This document shows positions 45,707 to 54,719 of a stretch of 64,000 nucleotides of DNA, piece after piece (within the stretch, counting starts at the first letter, position 1; each line of letters starts with the position of its first letter). This DNA comes from a virus, in the IMG/VR virus record IMGVR_UViG_3300034108_000503, positions 8,272 through 72,271 of that record, one strand, 5' to 3'. A model generated the notes under the pieces. That model made no database searches, was not told the DNA's origin, and worked only from the letters and a program-made list of their open reading frames with translations. The position numbers were made by a program, and so were the translations under genes.

Positions 45707-46263
45707 TCGGCTCCAGTGGCTGAGTTCTTCTTCCAGTCCCGCTTCGACACGATGGACTCCCAGGTCTCAATGATCGTGGCAGTCAGATCAACGCCAACCT
45801 TGTTCGCTACCCGGTAGACCAGCGCCATGAAGTCGGTGATCTGATACCGGACGGCATCCACGAAGACCGCATCCTCAATGCTCATCAGGTACGCAACCTG
45901 AAGGTGCTTTACCCCGCAGGTCAGCCGGATCAGTTCCGTCTCGGTCGAGTGTTCGCTGACGTAGCTGTTCTCAGCACGCAGAAGGACATCCACGAACCGG
46001 ACCCCTGCCTTCGTGCAGAAGTGCATAAGGTAGATGGACACGTCAGCCAGAGCATCGCGCATGTTCGCCTGATGTTCCTCCGGGGTGCCACGGATTCCCT
46101 GCTTCCGCTTCAGGAATGAGTGGGAGAACTCACCGATCTCCTCAATCACTCCGAGGACCGGGTCGATCTGGTTCTCGGCAGTATTCGCGCCGAAGTTCTG
46201 GAAAGCCCACTCCTTGTGCTGGTCCTGGACTTCGTTGATTTTCGCAATGGTTTCCGATGTCAT
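45703..46263 (-). CDS. MazG-like nucleotide pyrophosphohydrolase
   Basis: EWAFQNF...LGVIEEIGE...DALADVSIYL...VSKRDW. Confidence 0.75.
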   Translation of the reverse strand: MTSETIAKINEVQDQHKEWAFQNFGANTAENQIDPVLGVIEEIGEFSHSFLKRKQGIRGTPEEHQANMRDALADVSIYLMHFCTKAGVRFVDVLLRAENSYVSEHSTETELIRLTCGVKHLQVAYLMSIEDAVFVDAVRYQITDFMALVYRVANKVGVDLTATIIETWESIVSKRDWKKNSATGAE

Positions 46264-46268
46264 ATTCT

Positions 46269-46403
46269 TCAGTCTCTGATGTAACTGCTTTGCGCTTCGG
46301 CCCGCATGATTGCGGAACTGAGCTTCATTCCGAAGTAGAACACAATGGACATCAGTATCACAAGGATGCCAATCACGACTTTTTCAATAGGAGTCATTTT
46401 CAT
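46269..46403 (-). CDS. Small membrane protein; first gene of the leftward block
   Basis: VVIGILVILMSIVFYFGM transmembrane helix. Confidence 0.45.
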   Translation of the reverse strand: MKMTPIEKVVIGILVILMSIVFYFGMKLSSAIMRAEAQSSYIRD

Positions 46404-46419
46404 GAGGAGGCACCAGTCC

Positions 46420-46494
46420 GGCAGGATGAAGAAAAATGCAATGTACGGTTTTGCGTATTTGCGCTGAAAGTGGAATCGTTTACTTGTACGGCCT
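46420..46494. promoter_or_regulatory. Divergent promoter region with a TACGCAAAACCGTA box (minus strand, 46444-46457)
   Basis: Strand switch between gene blocks plus a copy of the conserved box. Confidence 0.6.
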
Positions 46495-46878
46495 ATGCAA
46501 GATACACCAAAACCTGATCGTGAGTCCGTTCTGAAAGAAGCCGAGAAGGCACTTCTGGCAATCAATGATGCCGGATACCACGCTGCCATCGTCGTCGTGG
46601 ACAATGACAAGAAGGCGGCATGCCTGATTGGCATGTCCGAGATGAGTGGCACCCGTGCCGATTACATCGGCAAATGCTTTGAGATTCTGATCCGCATGGG
46701 GGAAACCATCAACGACAAGATCCCCGATACGATGGACGAGATCTTCCTGCAAGCCTGCGATGGTGACAAGGAGAAAGCCGCAGAAGCCCAGCAGATCTTC
46801 AAGGAGTGCATTGCCGAAACCCTCGCCGAGATGGCAATCGGCAATGTTGAGCAGACCGAGAACCAAACCAATAACTGA
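46495..46878 (+). CDS. Hypothetical protein
   Basis: First ORF of the rightward block. Confidence 0.6.
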   Translation: MQDTPKPDRESVLKEAEKALLAINDAGYHAAIVVVDNDKKAACLIGMSEMSGTRADYIGKCFEILIRMGETINDKIPDTMDEIFLQACDGDKEKAAEAQQIFKECIAETLAEMAIGNVEQTENQTNN

Positions 46879-46888
46879 TTTAGAACCA

Positions 46889-47389
46889 ATGAAAAAAGGA
46901 AGAAAGACAACTGAAGAGAAGCTCAAGAAAGGGCAGGATGCATGGATCCGCGAGAACCTCATCGAGGTTGGCGGGGTCATCTACAAGAAAGCATGCGTCA
47001 TCGGAGGGAAATACCCATCCGTGCGTATCCCAGGAAAAACAGTCCGGGTTTCAAAACTCGTCTGGGCGATCCACAATGAAGGCAAGGTTCCCGATGCCCA
47101 CGTCTGGCACAAGGACGGCGATGTCGAGAACAACATCATCAGCAATCTGGACATCGGAACCAAGCCGATCAGCAGAAATCTGATGGTTGAATACAAGAAG
47201 CGGATCGCTGAAGGCAAGGACTACCCAGGGGTCACATGGCACAAGTCGCATGAAAAGTGGATGGCATGGTGGCGCGGACCAAACAAGACCACCATCTACA
47301 TCGGTCACCACGCCACCGAGAGGGATGCAGCAGATGCCGTGAAGGAATACTGCGAGAAGAACTGCCCGCAGGACAACCCATACGCCTGA
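46889..47389 (+). CDS. HNH endonuclease-like protein with AP2-like C-terminal domain
   Basis: KLVWAIHN...VWHKDGDVENNIISNL; YPGVTWHKSHEKWMA...IYIG...ERDAA. Confidence 0.7.
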   Translation: MKKGRKTTEEKLKKGQDAWIRENLIEVGGVIYKKACVIGGKYPSVRIPGKTVRVSKLVWAIHNEGKVPDAHVWHKDGDVENNIISNLDIGTKPISRNLMVEYKKRIAEGKDYPGVTWHKSHEKWMAWWRGPNKTTIYIGHHATERDAADAVKEYCEKNCPQDNPYA

Positions 47390-47402
47390 CCATCAACCCG
47401 CT

Positions 47403-48164
47403 ATGGCATACATCGAAACATCCATCCCTCCCATGAAGGTCTTCGTCCGGAGATCCTTCCTTAATGGGAACATTGACGACAAGTCCTACGAACAGGCAGT
47501 CCTGATCTCAGTCCGCTGCCTTGAAGGTTCCGCTGCCCTTTTCCAGATCCTCACGGAGACCGGGAGAATGCGGGACAAGCTGCCACTCTCGGCGTTCTGC
47601 TGGAAGATCCCTGACTCCGAGGATGTCTGGGAGAAGTATCCATTTCACAGTCTCCAGCTTTGGGACTGCTTCAGCCGGGACTTCTCAATCGTCCAGTTGT
47701 CCTACGTCTACAACTGCCGCACCACCATCCTCATGAAGGACAGGTCTCAACTTGAGGGGCAGTACCAGTGGACCATCCAGTGGGCCGGAAACACCAACCT
47801 CGGAGGCGCAGACATCACGCTGGCTGAAGATGGATCTGAGCATAAGTGCCACCACTTCATCCGGCTGGACAACGGTCTGTTCGCTCTCCAGCCAAACAAC
47901 CGGATCCTGAAGTGGAATGAGCCTTCCTTCTGCACCAAGCCCATCGGCAAGGATGAAGCCCCATGGGTGGTCAACGAAGCCGAGTATTGCTGCGAACAGC
48001 ACGAAAAGTGGACGACCGAGGACTCAAGGTCGTACTTCTACGAACTCGCAAAGAAGATGGAAGAAGAAGGACCGCTTCCTGAGATCCCTGAGACTGTTTC
48101 GTTTGTTTCGTTTGAGCGTGACATCAGCAAACCAGAAGAGCTGAAAGAAGCGGCAGGCATCTGA
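47403..48164 (+). CDS. Conserved phage protein of unknown function
   Basis: IPP..VFVRRSFL, DKLPLSAF, LQLWDCFS, EHK.HHFIRLDNG.FALQPNNR. Confidence 0.7.
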   Translation: MAYIETSIPPMKVFVRRSFLNGNIDDKSYEQAVLISVRCLEGSAALFQILTETGRMRDKLPLSAFCWKIPDSEDVWEKYPFHSLQLWDCFSRDFSIVQLSYVYNCRTTILMKDRSQLEGQYQWTIQWAGNTNLGGADITLAEDGSEHKCHHFIRLDNGLFALQPNNRILKWNEPSFCTKPIGKDEAPWVVNEAEYCCEQHEKWTTEDSRSYFYELAKKMEEEGPLPEIPETVSFVSFERDISKPEELKEAAGI

Positions 48165-48323
48165 ATGAATGATCAGGGTGAGATCGTGCCTCCTCCGTAT
48201 CCCAAAGGGGAATTCTGACCACCACCAGAAACAACGCAGGGCCGCTCCTCGGGATCACCTCTCAGGGAGCGGTCTTTTCACGTTTGATAATCATCCGCCC
48301 CCGCAGTACAGCCATGCCCCACG

Positions 48324-48515
48324 ATGCCGAAGGGGTTCAAAGTATGTCCGCCAAACTGGAAAGAGGAAGCAGTCAAAGTCTGCATCTTCTGCGGCGAGAA
48401 CTTCTGGCCCAGCACCCACAGCCACTACCTCTCCTGGATCAAACGCCAGCACTGCGACCAGAAATGCTCGAAACGCCACGAACAGGCAATCAAGACTGGT
48501 TCACGGAAACCTTGA
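48324..48515 (+). CDS. Small Zn-finger protein
   Basis: CIFCGENFWP...HCDQKCS. Confidence 0.5.
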   Translation: MPKGFKVCPPNWKEEAVKVCIFCGENFWPSTHSHYLSWIKRQHCDQKCSKRHEQAIKTGSRKP

Positions 48516-48857
48516 GATCAGGATCCACGCAGGCACAGGCTTCATCCTGAAGATACCTCCCGAGTCCGTACCAGCACCGAGGACATGCGTTGTGCGGACA
48601 TGCCGCACTCCCTCTCCGGTTTCTGTCTTTCGTCTCAGTCTTCGGTTTCGTTGAGGTCTCTGGATCCATTCAAGCGACCTACGATTCCCGTTGACGATCC
48701 GCAAGCACTTCGCATTGTTCCGTCGATTGCATCTGAACAGTAACCGAAGCCGGGTTCATTCCGCGTGTTGCTGTGGAGGCAAACATAACGCTCGCCCTAG
48801 TGCCATACGGGGCGAAGCCAAAAGCAAGACGGTGAGCAGTAATGATCACCCGAAGCG

Positions 48858-48899
48858 GAAACCCCCGGATGTCTTCATGACAGCGGGGGTTTCTTTTGT
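48858..48899 (+). terminator. Rho-independent terminator
   Basis: GAAACCCCCG / CGGGGGTTTC followed by TTTT. Confidence 0.7.
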
Positions 48900-49307
48900 T
48901 CTTGGATCTCTCGCTCTTCATTCTCTGATTCCTACAGGGAGAGGCAAACTTCCGACAACGCGAGCGAGGATCGAAGGCACGATGATCCCTGCGAAGGGAA
49001 TCATCATGCTCAGAGAGGAGACTTCCGCATAACGGTCGCTCGGATCCTGAGTCACGCCGGAAACAAATCCGGACCAGGATTCTCGCCAGCAGGCACGCTC
49101 ATCGGACTGGCTCAAGTGAATCCCGGCATTGACCCCAGCATTGCTGCTGGCGCGTCTTACGTCACACTGATTCATCTGTCCATGTGACTGCCTGGAACCC
49201 CACCGATCACTCCCCAGTTCTCAGGCTGGGCTTTTCGGCTGTCAGCAGGAGGGTCTGCCGAACGTCCGGAATCTTTTCCCTTCGCCACTCGCTTAACGGT
49301 ATCAGCG

Positions 49308-49413
49308 CAAAGAAAAACCCCGGCGGGTAAGAGGACCACCGGGGTTTTCGTTGAGACTTGCCTTTCGGCTAATCACGAAGAAATCTCTCAGCGTTGCCTC
49401 TTACACAACGTCG
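49308..49413 (-). ncRNA. Candidate ~105-nt structured RNA with kissing loops and intrinsic terminator
   Basis: Loops GUAAGAGG and CCUCUUAC are complementary; a GAAA tetraloop, a G-U pair and a U-tail fit the minus strand; TTGACT upstream at 49447-49442. Confidence 0.55.
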
Positions 49414-49504
49414 GTCGTACCGTTATGCACAGGAGGCAGCGAGTCAAGAGTTTTCTGTCGCGCTCCTTCAATCGTCCAGCATCACATCGAATCAATGTAT
49501 TCCT

Positions 49505-49552
49505 GATACGCAAAAACGTATCGCTTGACACGGAAAGGCTCTCACCAGAACA
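49505..49552 (+). promoter_or_regulatory. Promoter of the structural block: box GATACGCAAAAACGTATC immediately upstream of TTGACA
   Basis: Box core at 49507-49520; TTGACA at 49525-49530; -10 is weak. Confidence 0.55.
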
Positions 49553-49578
49553 TCGCCGCAGATTCACAAAACAACATC

Positions 49579-50046
49579 ATGGATACCAGTCTCTTCATCG
49601 CAGGTGGCAACCCACTTGAATTCGTCACTTCCGGTCCAACCAAGCTGGCTCTTCCGCAGAGCGGAGGTCTTGAAGTGTACGAAATCGCATCAACCGCAAC
49701 GACTGTCACCTCCGCTGATTTCGGCAAGACGTATCTTCTGTCTGCCGCTGCTGGTTTTACCGTGACCCTTCCTGCTCCCACGTTTGGGGCGCGAGTTTCG
49801 TTCATTGTGCGGACAAGCCCGACATCCAACGGTTACATCATTGCTGGCACGGCTTTCCGTGGAAGCGTCTCGACCGCTGACGTTGACGGTGCCGATGCCG
49901 CAGTCGCAAACAACAACAACCGTGCGACCCTCGTTGCGAACGCTGCGCTCGCCGGGGACAAGTTGATGTTTGAAAGCGATGGCTCCAGTTGGTTCGTCAC
50001 CGGACAGTGTACTGCCCGTACTGGAATCACTTTCGCGAGCGTGTAA
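49579..50046 (+). CDS. Probable small virion structural/decoration protein
   Basis: Beta-rich, T/A/G-rich (FTVTLPAP..G..FIV; GDKL.F.SDGSSWFV). Confidence 0.55.
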   Translation: MDTSLFIAGGNPLEFVTSGPTKLALPQSGGLEVYEIASTATTVTSADFGKTYLLSAAAGFTVTLPAPTFGARVSFIVRTSPTSNGYIIAGTAFRGSVSTADVDGADAAVANNNNRATLVANAALAGDKLMFESDGSSWFVTGQCTARTGITFASV

Positions 50047-50071
50047 TCCCCTCCCGAACCACCACCCCAAG

Positions 50072-50106
50072 AAAGCCAGCGACCCTGAAAGTTGCTGGCT
50101 TTTTTG
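50072..50106 (+). terminator. Rho-independent terminator
   Basis: AAAGCCAGCGAC / GTTGCTGGCTTT followed by a T tract. Confidence 0.75.
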
Positions 50107-50131
50107 TGCCTGTTGATATATACCCGGAAAG

Positions 50132-51982
50132 ATGGAAGAAATCATCATCACACGAATGCCTGGGGATTCACCGAATCCTCCGATTTTCGACTACGATGCG
50201 TGGGGGCAGGATAACGAAGGCAACATATATCATGAGCTTTACGGCAGATGGTGGTCCCGTGAAGTCAATGCCACCAGAGACGACATCGAACTCTGGGCAT
50301 TCAAGGAAGAACTCGGTCCGGAAGACGGAGGGCTTGGCAAGTACCAGCACCTGCGGGAATTCATCGACCTGACGTGGAACGCTGACGGCAAGACGATTGT
50401 CGAATGGAATCCATGGCTGGAGAAACTGCTGGAGGAAGCATGCTCCAATGAATTCCTCGCAGTCGGTGGGTGTTCGTCATCAGGCAAGTCCTGGGGTGGC
50501 GCACTCTACGGCATCGTGTCATTCCTCGCAGACCCGGAAGGCACGCTTGTGCTGGTGACATCCACATCAATCTCGGCAGCAAAGAAGCGGATCTGGAAAG
50601 GTGTCATTCAACTCTGGAATTCCCTCCCGGAGAAGTACAAGAAGCTGGGCCGGATCAAGCCGTCAGTGAACATGATTCACTACCAGCCACCGGATGGAAC
50701 GGTCGCATCTGACGCATCCTCAATCAACCTAGTGGCAGCAGAGCAGAAGCAGGAAGCATCTGCCGTGGCGAAACTGGTTGGTCTCAAGAACAGTACGGTC
50801 ATCCTGATTGCGGACGAATTGTGCGAACTCTCACCAGCCGTCATCGCAGCAACGGACAACCTGATCTCCAATCCTAGATTCCAGATGATTGCCATGAGCA
50901 ATCCAAAGGATCCCGAGGATCCATTCGGAATCATGTTCAAACCGAAGGCTGGCTGGAGTACCATCGACGAGACCTGCTACGAATGGGAGACTGACTACGG
51001 CAAGGCGATCAGGTTCGACGTTCTCCAGTCCCCGAACTACCTTGAGCAGGAGTGCATCTACAAGTACATGCTCACCTACGAGAAGATCGAGGCGAAGCGC
51101 AAGCAGCTTGGGGATAACTCCTCGGCGTTCTACCGATTCTACCGTGGATTCATTCCGCTTCAGGGATCCGAGAACAATCTCTACACCACGACGGACTTCA
51201 ATGCCTACATGGCGGACGACGTTGAGTGGAAGAATCCGCCGAAGAAGGTCGTCGGAATCGACTTGTCGTTCACATCATCCGGTGACCGCACAATCCTTGC
51301 CGTCTGCCTCTTCGGTGAAAGCAAGGAAGGCAAGAAGTGCCTGAAGTTTGAAAGGTACTATTCCATCAAGGAGAATGCCCAGGACAAGGTAAACCCGAGA
51401 ACTGAACAGATCGTCGATGAGGTGAAGCGCATCCTGGACCGGGAAGGCGTGACCTACGACAACGTCGCAATCGACAACTCCGGTGGCGGCATCTCGGCAG
51501 TGGACCGATTCACGCAGAAGCTCTCAAGGGATCTCCTGCGTGTGAACTTCGGCGGGAAGGCATCAGACAAACCAGTCTCGGCAAACGAGCGGATTCCGTC
51601 TTGGAAGAAGTACACCAACAGAGTCTCGGAACTCTGGGGGGTTGGCGTGGAATTCATGCGAGGCGGACAGTTCGCCGGATTCAACACATGCACGGAGCTT
51701 ATCGGTGAGATGAAAGCCAGACGCTATGAGATCGTCAAAGGAGGCGACGGTGAGCGGATTATGGTTGAGCCGAAACCGAAGATGAAGGCAAGAACTGGAA
51801 GATCGCCTGACATCAGTGATGCCGTCATGCTCGCCATTGAATTGTGCAGAGCCAAGCACCACTGGGTATCAGAGGAGCGCGGAGAACACGTTCTGTCTAA
51901 ATCAGATTACCTACAGAAAATAAGAAGGTTTGATATCAATACCCTTTCCGGTGGTGGTCATGACTGGCAACCATCCTTTTGA
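50132..51982 (+). CDS. terL: Terminase large subunit
   Basis: Walker A GCSSSGKS, Walker B ILIADE, MSNP, nuclease VGIDLS...GDRT, RSPDISDA. Confidence 0.85.
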   Translation: MEEIIITRMPGDSPNPPIFDYDAWGQDNEGNIYHELYGRWWSREVNATRDDIELWAFKEELGPEDGGLGKYQHLREFIDLTWNADGKTIVEWNPWLEKLLEEACSNEFLAVGGCSSSGKSWGGALYGIVSFLADPEGTLVLVTSTSISAAKKRIWKGVIQLWNSLPEKYKKLGRIKPSVNMIHYQPPDGTVASDASSINLVAAEQKQEASAVAKLVGLKNSTVILIADELCELSPAVIAATDNLISNPRFQMIAMSNPKDPEDPFGIMFKPKAGWSTIDETCYEWETDYGKAIRFDVLQSPNYLEQECIYKYMLTYEKIEAKRKQLGDNSSAFYRFYRGFIPLQGSENNLYTTTDFNAYMADDVEWKNPPKKVVGIDLSFTSSGDRTILAVCLFGESKEGKKCLKFERYYSIKENAQDKVNPRTEQIVDEVKRILDREGVTYDNVAIDNSGGGISAVDRFTQKLSRDLLRVNFGGKASDKPVSANERIPSWKKYTNRVSELWGVGVEFMRGGQFAGFNTCTELIGEMKARRYEIVKGGDGERIMVEPKPKMKARTGRSPDISDAVMLAIELCRAKHHWVSEERGEHVLSKSDYLQKIRRFDINTLSGGGHDWQPSF

Positions 51983-52029
51983 ACAGGTCATTGACTTACA
52001 TCAACACTGATGTTACGACCACAATCCAA

Positions 52030-54372
52030 ATGACCTCGTCCATCGCAGATCTGCTGCTCGAAAATATTGAGCCGGATGAAAAGTCCGCACCGGAACAACG
52101 CATCAAAGATGCATCAACCGGACGTGAACTGTTCCGTTCCATGCTCAATGCAGACCGGGCATCTGCGGAGCAGCGAGTAAGGCAGCAGGCAATGCTGGAC
52201 GGTCAACCACCTTGGGATCAGGCTGCACTCATTGCTTCAGGTCAGGGATCGCTCACAAACCTCAACTGGGGTGACGCTGAGAATATCGTAGAGTTTACAA
52301 AAGCAGGGATGATCGACCTGATCAACTCAGTGGAAAGACTGGTCAAGATTCCACTGCAATCTCAATTCTTTGAAGATCAGGAAACCCGCCGGGAGATGGA
52401 GGAAATCCTCTCAGATGAAGTCTCCAAAGCATTCCGCCGATGGGAAGGATTTGATTTCAACTACCTCAACCTGATCCATCACTGGCTCTGTTTCGGTGTC
52501 GGCATCACATACTGGGAAGATGCCATCGACTGGAGGTGGAAGACATCCGGTCTCTCCGACTTCTGCATTCCACGCCAGACACTTGCCTCGGAGGAAAGGA
52601 TCACGATTGCCGGGTGCAGGCGCAGGTACGAACTACACGAACTCTACGCCAAGATCCGGGACGAGGAGAAGGCAACAAAGCTGGGATGGAACGTGCCTGC
52701 CGTGAAGCAGGCAATGATGCGTGCGGACAGTGTGTACGCTACAGGAAACGGATGGAGCGACACCCAATGGGAACGCCTCCAGGCTCAATTCAAGAACAAC
52801 GATCTCGGAACCGGAGCATCCGGCAAAACGCAGACCGTGGAGATCATTCACCTCTGGGTGCAGGAATTCGACGGCACTATCTCGATGTACCTCGTCTCCG
52901 ACAATGCCCTGGTGGACGACGGAAAAGGAGACCCGTGGCTGTTTGAAAGGCGGCACGAATACAAGGAAGTCCGCTCCGCGTTCAACTTCTTTTGCTACGG
53001 CATCGGAACCAACGGAACCTACCACTCAATCTCCGGGATTCTCCGCAAGATCTTCCCTCAGGTCCAGGTCTCCAACAGGCTCCGGTCGAAGATGGTGGAC
53101 TCTGCCGCCATTTCCGCTGGCATCATGATCCAGCCTTTGTCCGAGACGGCATACGACCGGATGCAGCTCACCACGCTCGGGCCGTATACGATGCTGCCAT
53201 CCGCAGATGTTGCTACGTTTGTTCAGCAGCAGTCACCAAACATCGGAAACAACGTCACCCCGATCCTTGCCGACATGGAGCGGGCGATCAATCAGAGGGC
53301 TGGGCAATTCCAGGGAACCTCTCCGTTTGGTCAGCAGGCAGAGAAGACAAGGTTCCAAGTTCAGGCCGAAATCGAAAGCCTGAGCCGGGTTGGTGCATCG
53401 CAACTCAACCTGTTCTACCCGGCATGGGGACGGCACCTCAAAGAAGCTGTCCGGCGAATCTGCCGCGAGAACTACTCCGATGCCGCACCGGGAGGAAGGG
53501 AAGCACAGGACTTCCGCAGACGCCTTGAGATGCGTGGATTCCCACTGGAAGCACTGAAGTACATCGACTTCGACATGGTCACATGCGAGAAGGCAGTCGG
53601 CTCCGGTTCGTTCGCCCAGCGGACGGCAATGCTACTGGAACTGACAGAGGTCTCTGGCGCATACGACGAAGTGGGTCGCCACAATCTTATGCGGGACAGA
53701 ACCGCTGCTGCGCTCAAGTCATACGATCTGGCAGACCGATACATTCCGAGGATGCCGGGAGATGTCCGCCCGCCGATGGACAAGAAGATCGCAGAACTGG
53801 AGAACGCCTCCATGAAGGACGGCAACCAGATCAACGTCGAGATGAACGAGAAGCACGTCGTTCACTTGGACGCACACCTGCCGTATATGGCGACGATCCT
53901 GCAAGCCGTCGAGCAGGGGCAGATGGATCTGATGCAGGCTCTGCCGATCACGCAGATCATCTACGAACACTGCAACATGCATCTGGAGCAGATCGCTCCG
54001 GACATCATGATCCAGGAACGTGTCGCATCGTACAGGCAGGCTTTGCAGCAGGCCGGGGAAATCATCTGGAATGGGCAGAAGAAGCTCATGAAGATGCAGC
54101 GTGATGGTGAACAGCAGGCAATGGAAGGCGCAGAAGGTCAGCCTCCGCAGCAGCAGGACACCGTTGATGACGACATGAGAAGGAAGCTCATTGAGTTCCA
54201 GACGAAACTCCAGATGCGCCAGGAGGAGTCGGCAGTGAAACGCCAGATCATGCTTGAAGACGCCGCAGCCAAGAGGCAGATTGAAATGGCGAAGGCGCAG
54301 CAGAATGCGGCTCTCACTGATGCCAAGACCGCTGCCGGAATCCTCGCTCAAACACAGCAACGTCTTCAATGA
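52030..54372 (+). CDS. Portal protein with helical C-terminal extension
   Basis: Position after terL, ~780 aa, Q-rich coiled-coil tail as in P22-type portals. Confidence 0.7.
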   Translation: MTSSIADLLLENIEPDEKSAPEQRIKDASTGRELFRSMLNADRASAEQRVRQQAMLDGQPPWDQAALIASGQGSLTNLNWGDAENIVEFTKAGMIDLINSVERLVKIPLQSQFFEDQETRREMEEILSDEVSKAFRRWEGFDFNYLNLIHHWLCFGVGITYWEDAIDWRWKTSGLSDFCIPRQTLASEERITIAGCRRRYELHELYAKIRDEEKATKLGWNVPAVKQAMMRADSVYATGNGWSDTQWERLQAQFKNNDLGTGASGKTQTVEIIHLWVQEFDGTISMYLVSDNALVDDGKGDPWLFERRHEYKEVRSAFNFFCYGIGTNGTYHSISGILRKIFPQVQVSNRLRSKMVDSAAISAGIMIQPLSETAYDRMQLTTLGPYTMLPSADVATFVQQQSPNIGNNVTPILADMERAINQRAGQFQGTSPFGQQAEKTRFQVQAEIESLSRVGASQLNLFYPAWGRHLKEAVRRICRENYSDAAPGGREAQDFRRRLEMRGFPLEALKYIDFDMVTCEKAVGSGSFAQRTAMLLELTEVSGAYDEVGRHNLMRDRTAAALKSYDLADRYIPRMPGDVRPPMDKKIAELENASMKDGNQINVEMNEKHVVHLDAHLPYMATILQAVEQGQMDLMQALPITQIIYEHCNMHLEQIAPDIMIQERVASYRQALQQAGEIIWNGQKKLMKMQRDGEQQAMEGAEGQPPQQQDTVDDDMRRKLIEFQTKLQMRQEESAVKRQIMLEDAAAKRQIEMAKAQQNAALTDAKTAAGILAQTQQRLQ

Positions 54373-54695
54373 ATATTCAAACCAGAATCAACAGAATCAA
54401 AGATGAGTTCAAAAGCAACGCCGCGCTCCGGTCCGAGTGGGAAACTGTCGTCCAGAGCGAATCGTATTCTAAAATATGTGAACTCGTATATCTTGAGGCT
54501 ACAGTCAAAGCGGCACAATCATCTCAGATTGCAGAACACGACGCCATGGCAGCAAGGAAACTTTTCAAACTCCAAGCCGTTCAGGAAACCCTGAAGAGCC
54601 TTTCCGAAGCACACTACCCGCAGGCGACCGTCAGTGAACTCCCGGATGGATGGGATCACTACAAGCCAGAGAACACTGACTCCACGGAGTCCTGA
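54369..54695 (+). CDS. Hypothetical protein between portal and scaffold
   Basis: ATGA-coupled helical ORF. Confidence 0.6.
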   Translation: MNIQTRINRIKDEFKSNAALRSEWETVVQSESYSKICELVYLEATVKAAQSSQIAEHDAMAARKLFKLQAVQETLKSLSEAHYPQATVSELPDGWDHYKPENTDSTES

Positions 54696-54719
54696 TCATT
54701 TCCCAGAACCACAACCACC

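Noticed and set aside
48600-49500. tRNA or tmRNA genes in the structured non-coding region
   Set aside because: No T-arm consensus in a cloverleaf with an acceptor stem was found by eye; tRNAscan-SE or ARAGORN would settle it.
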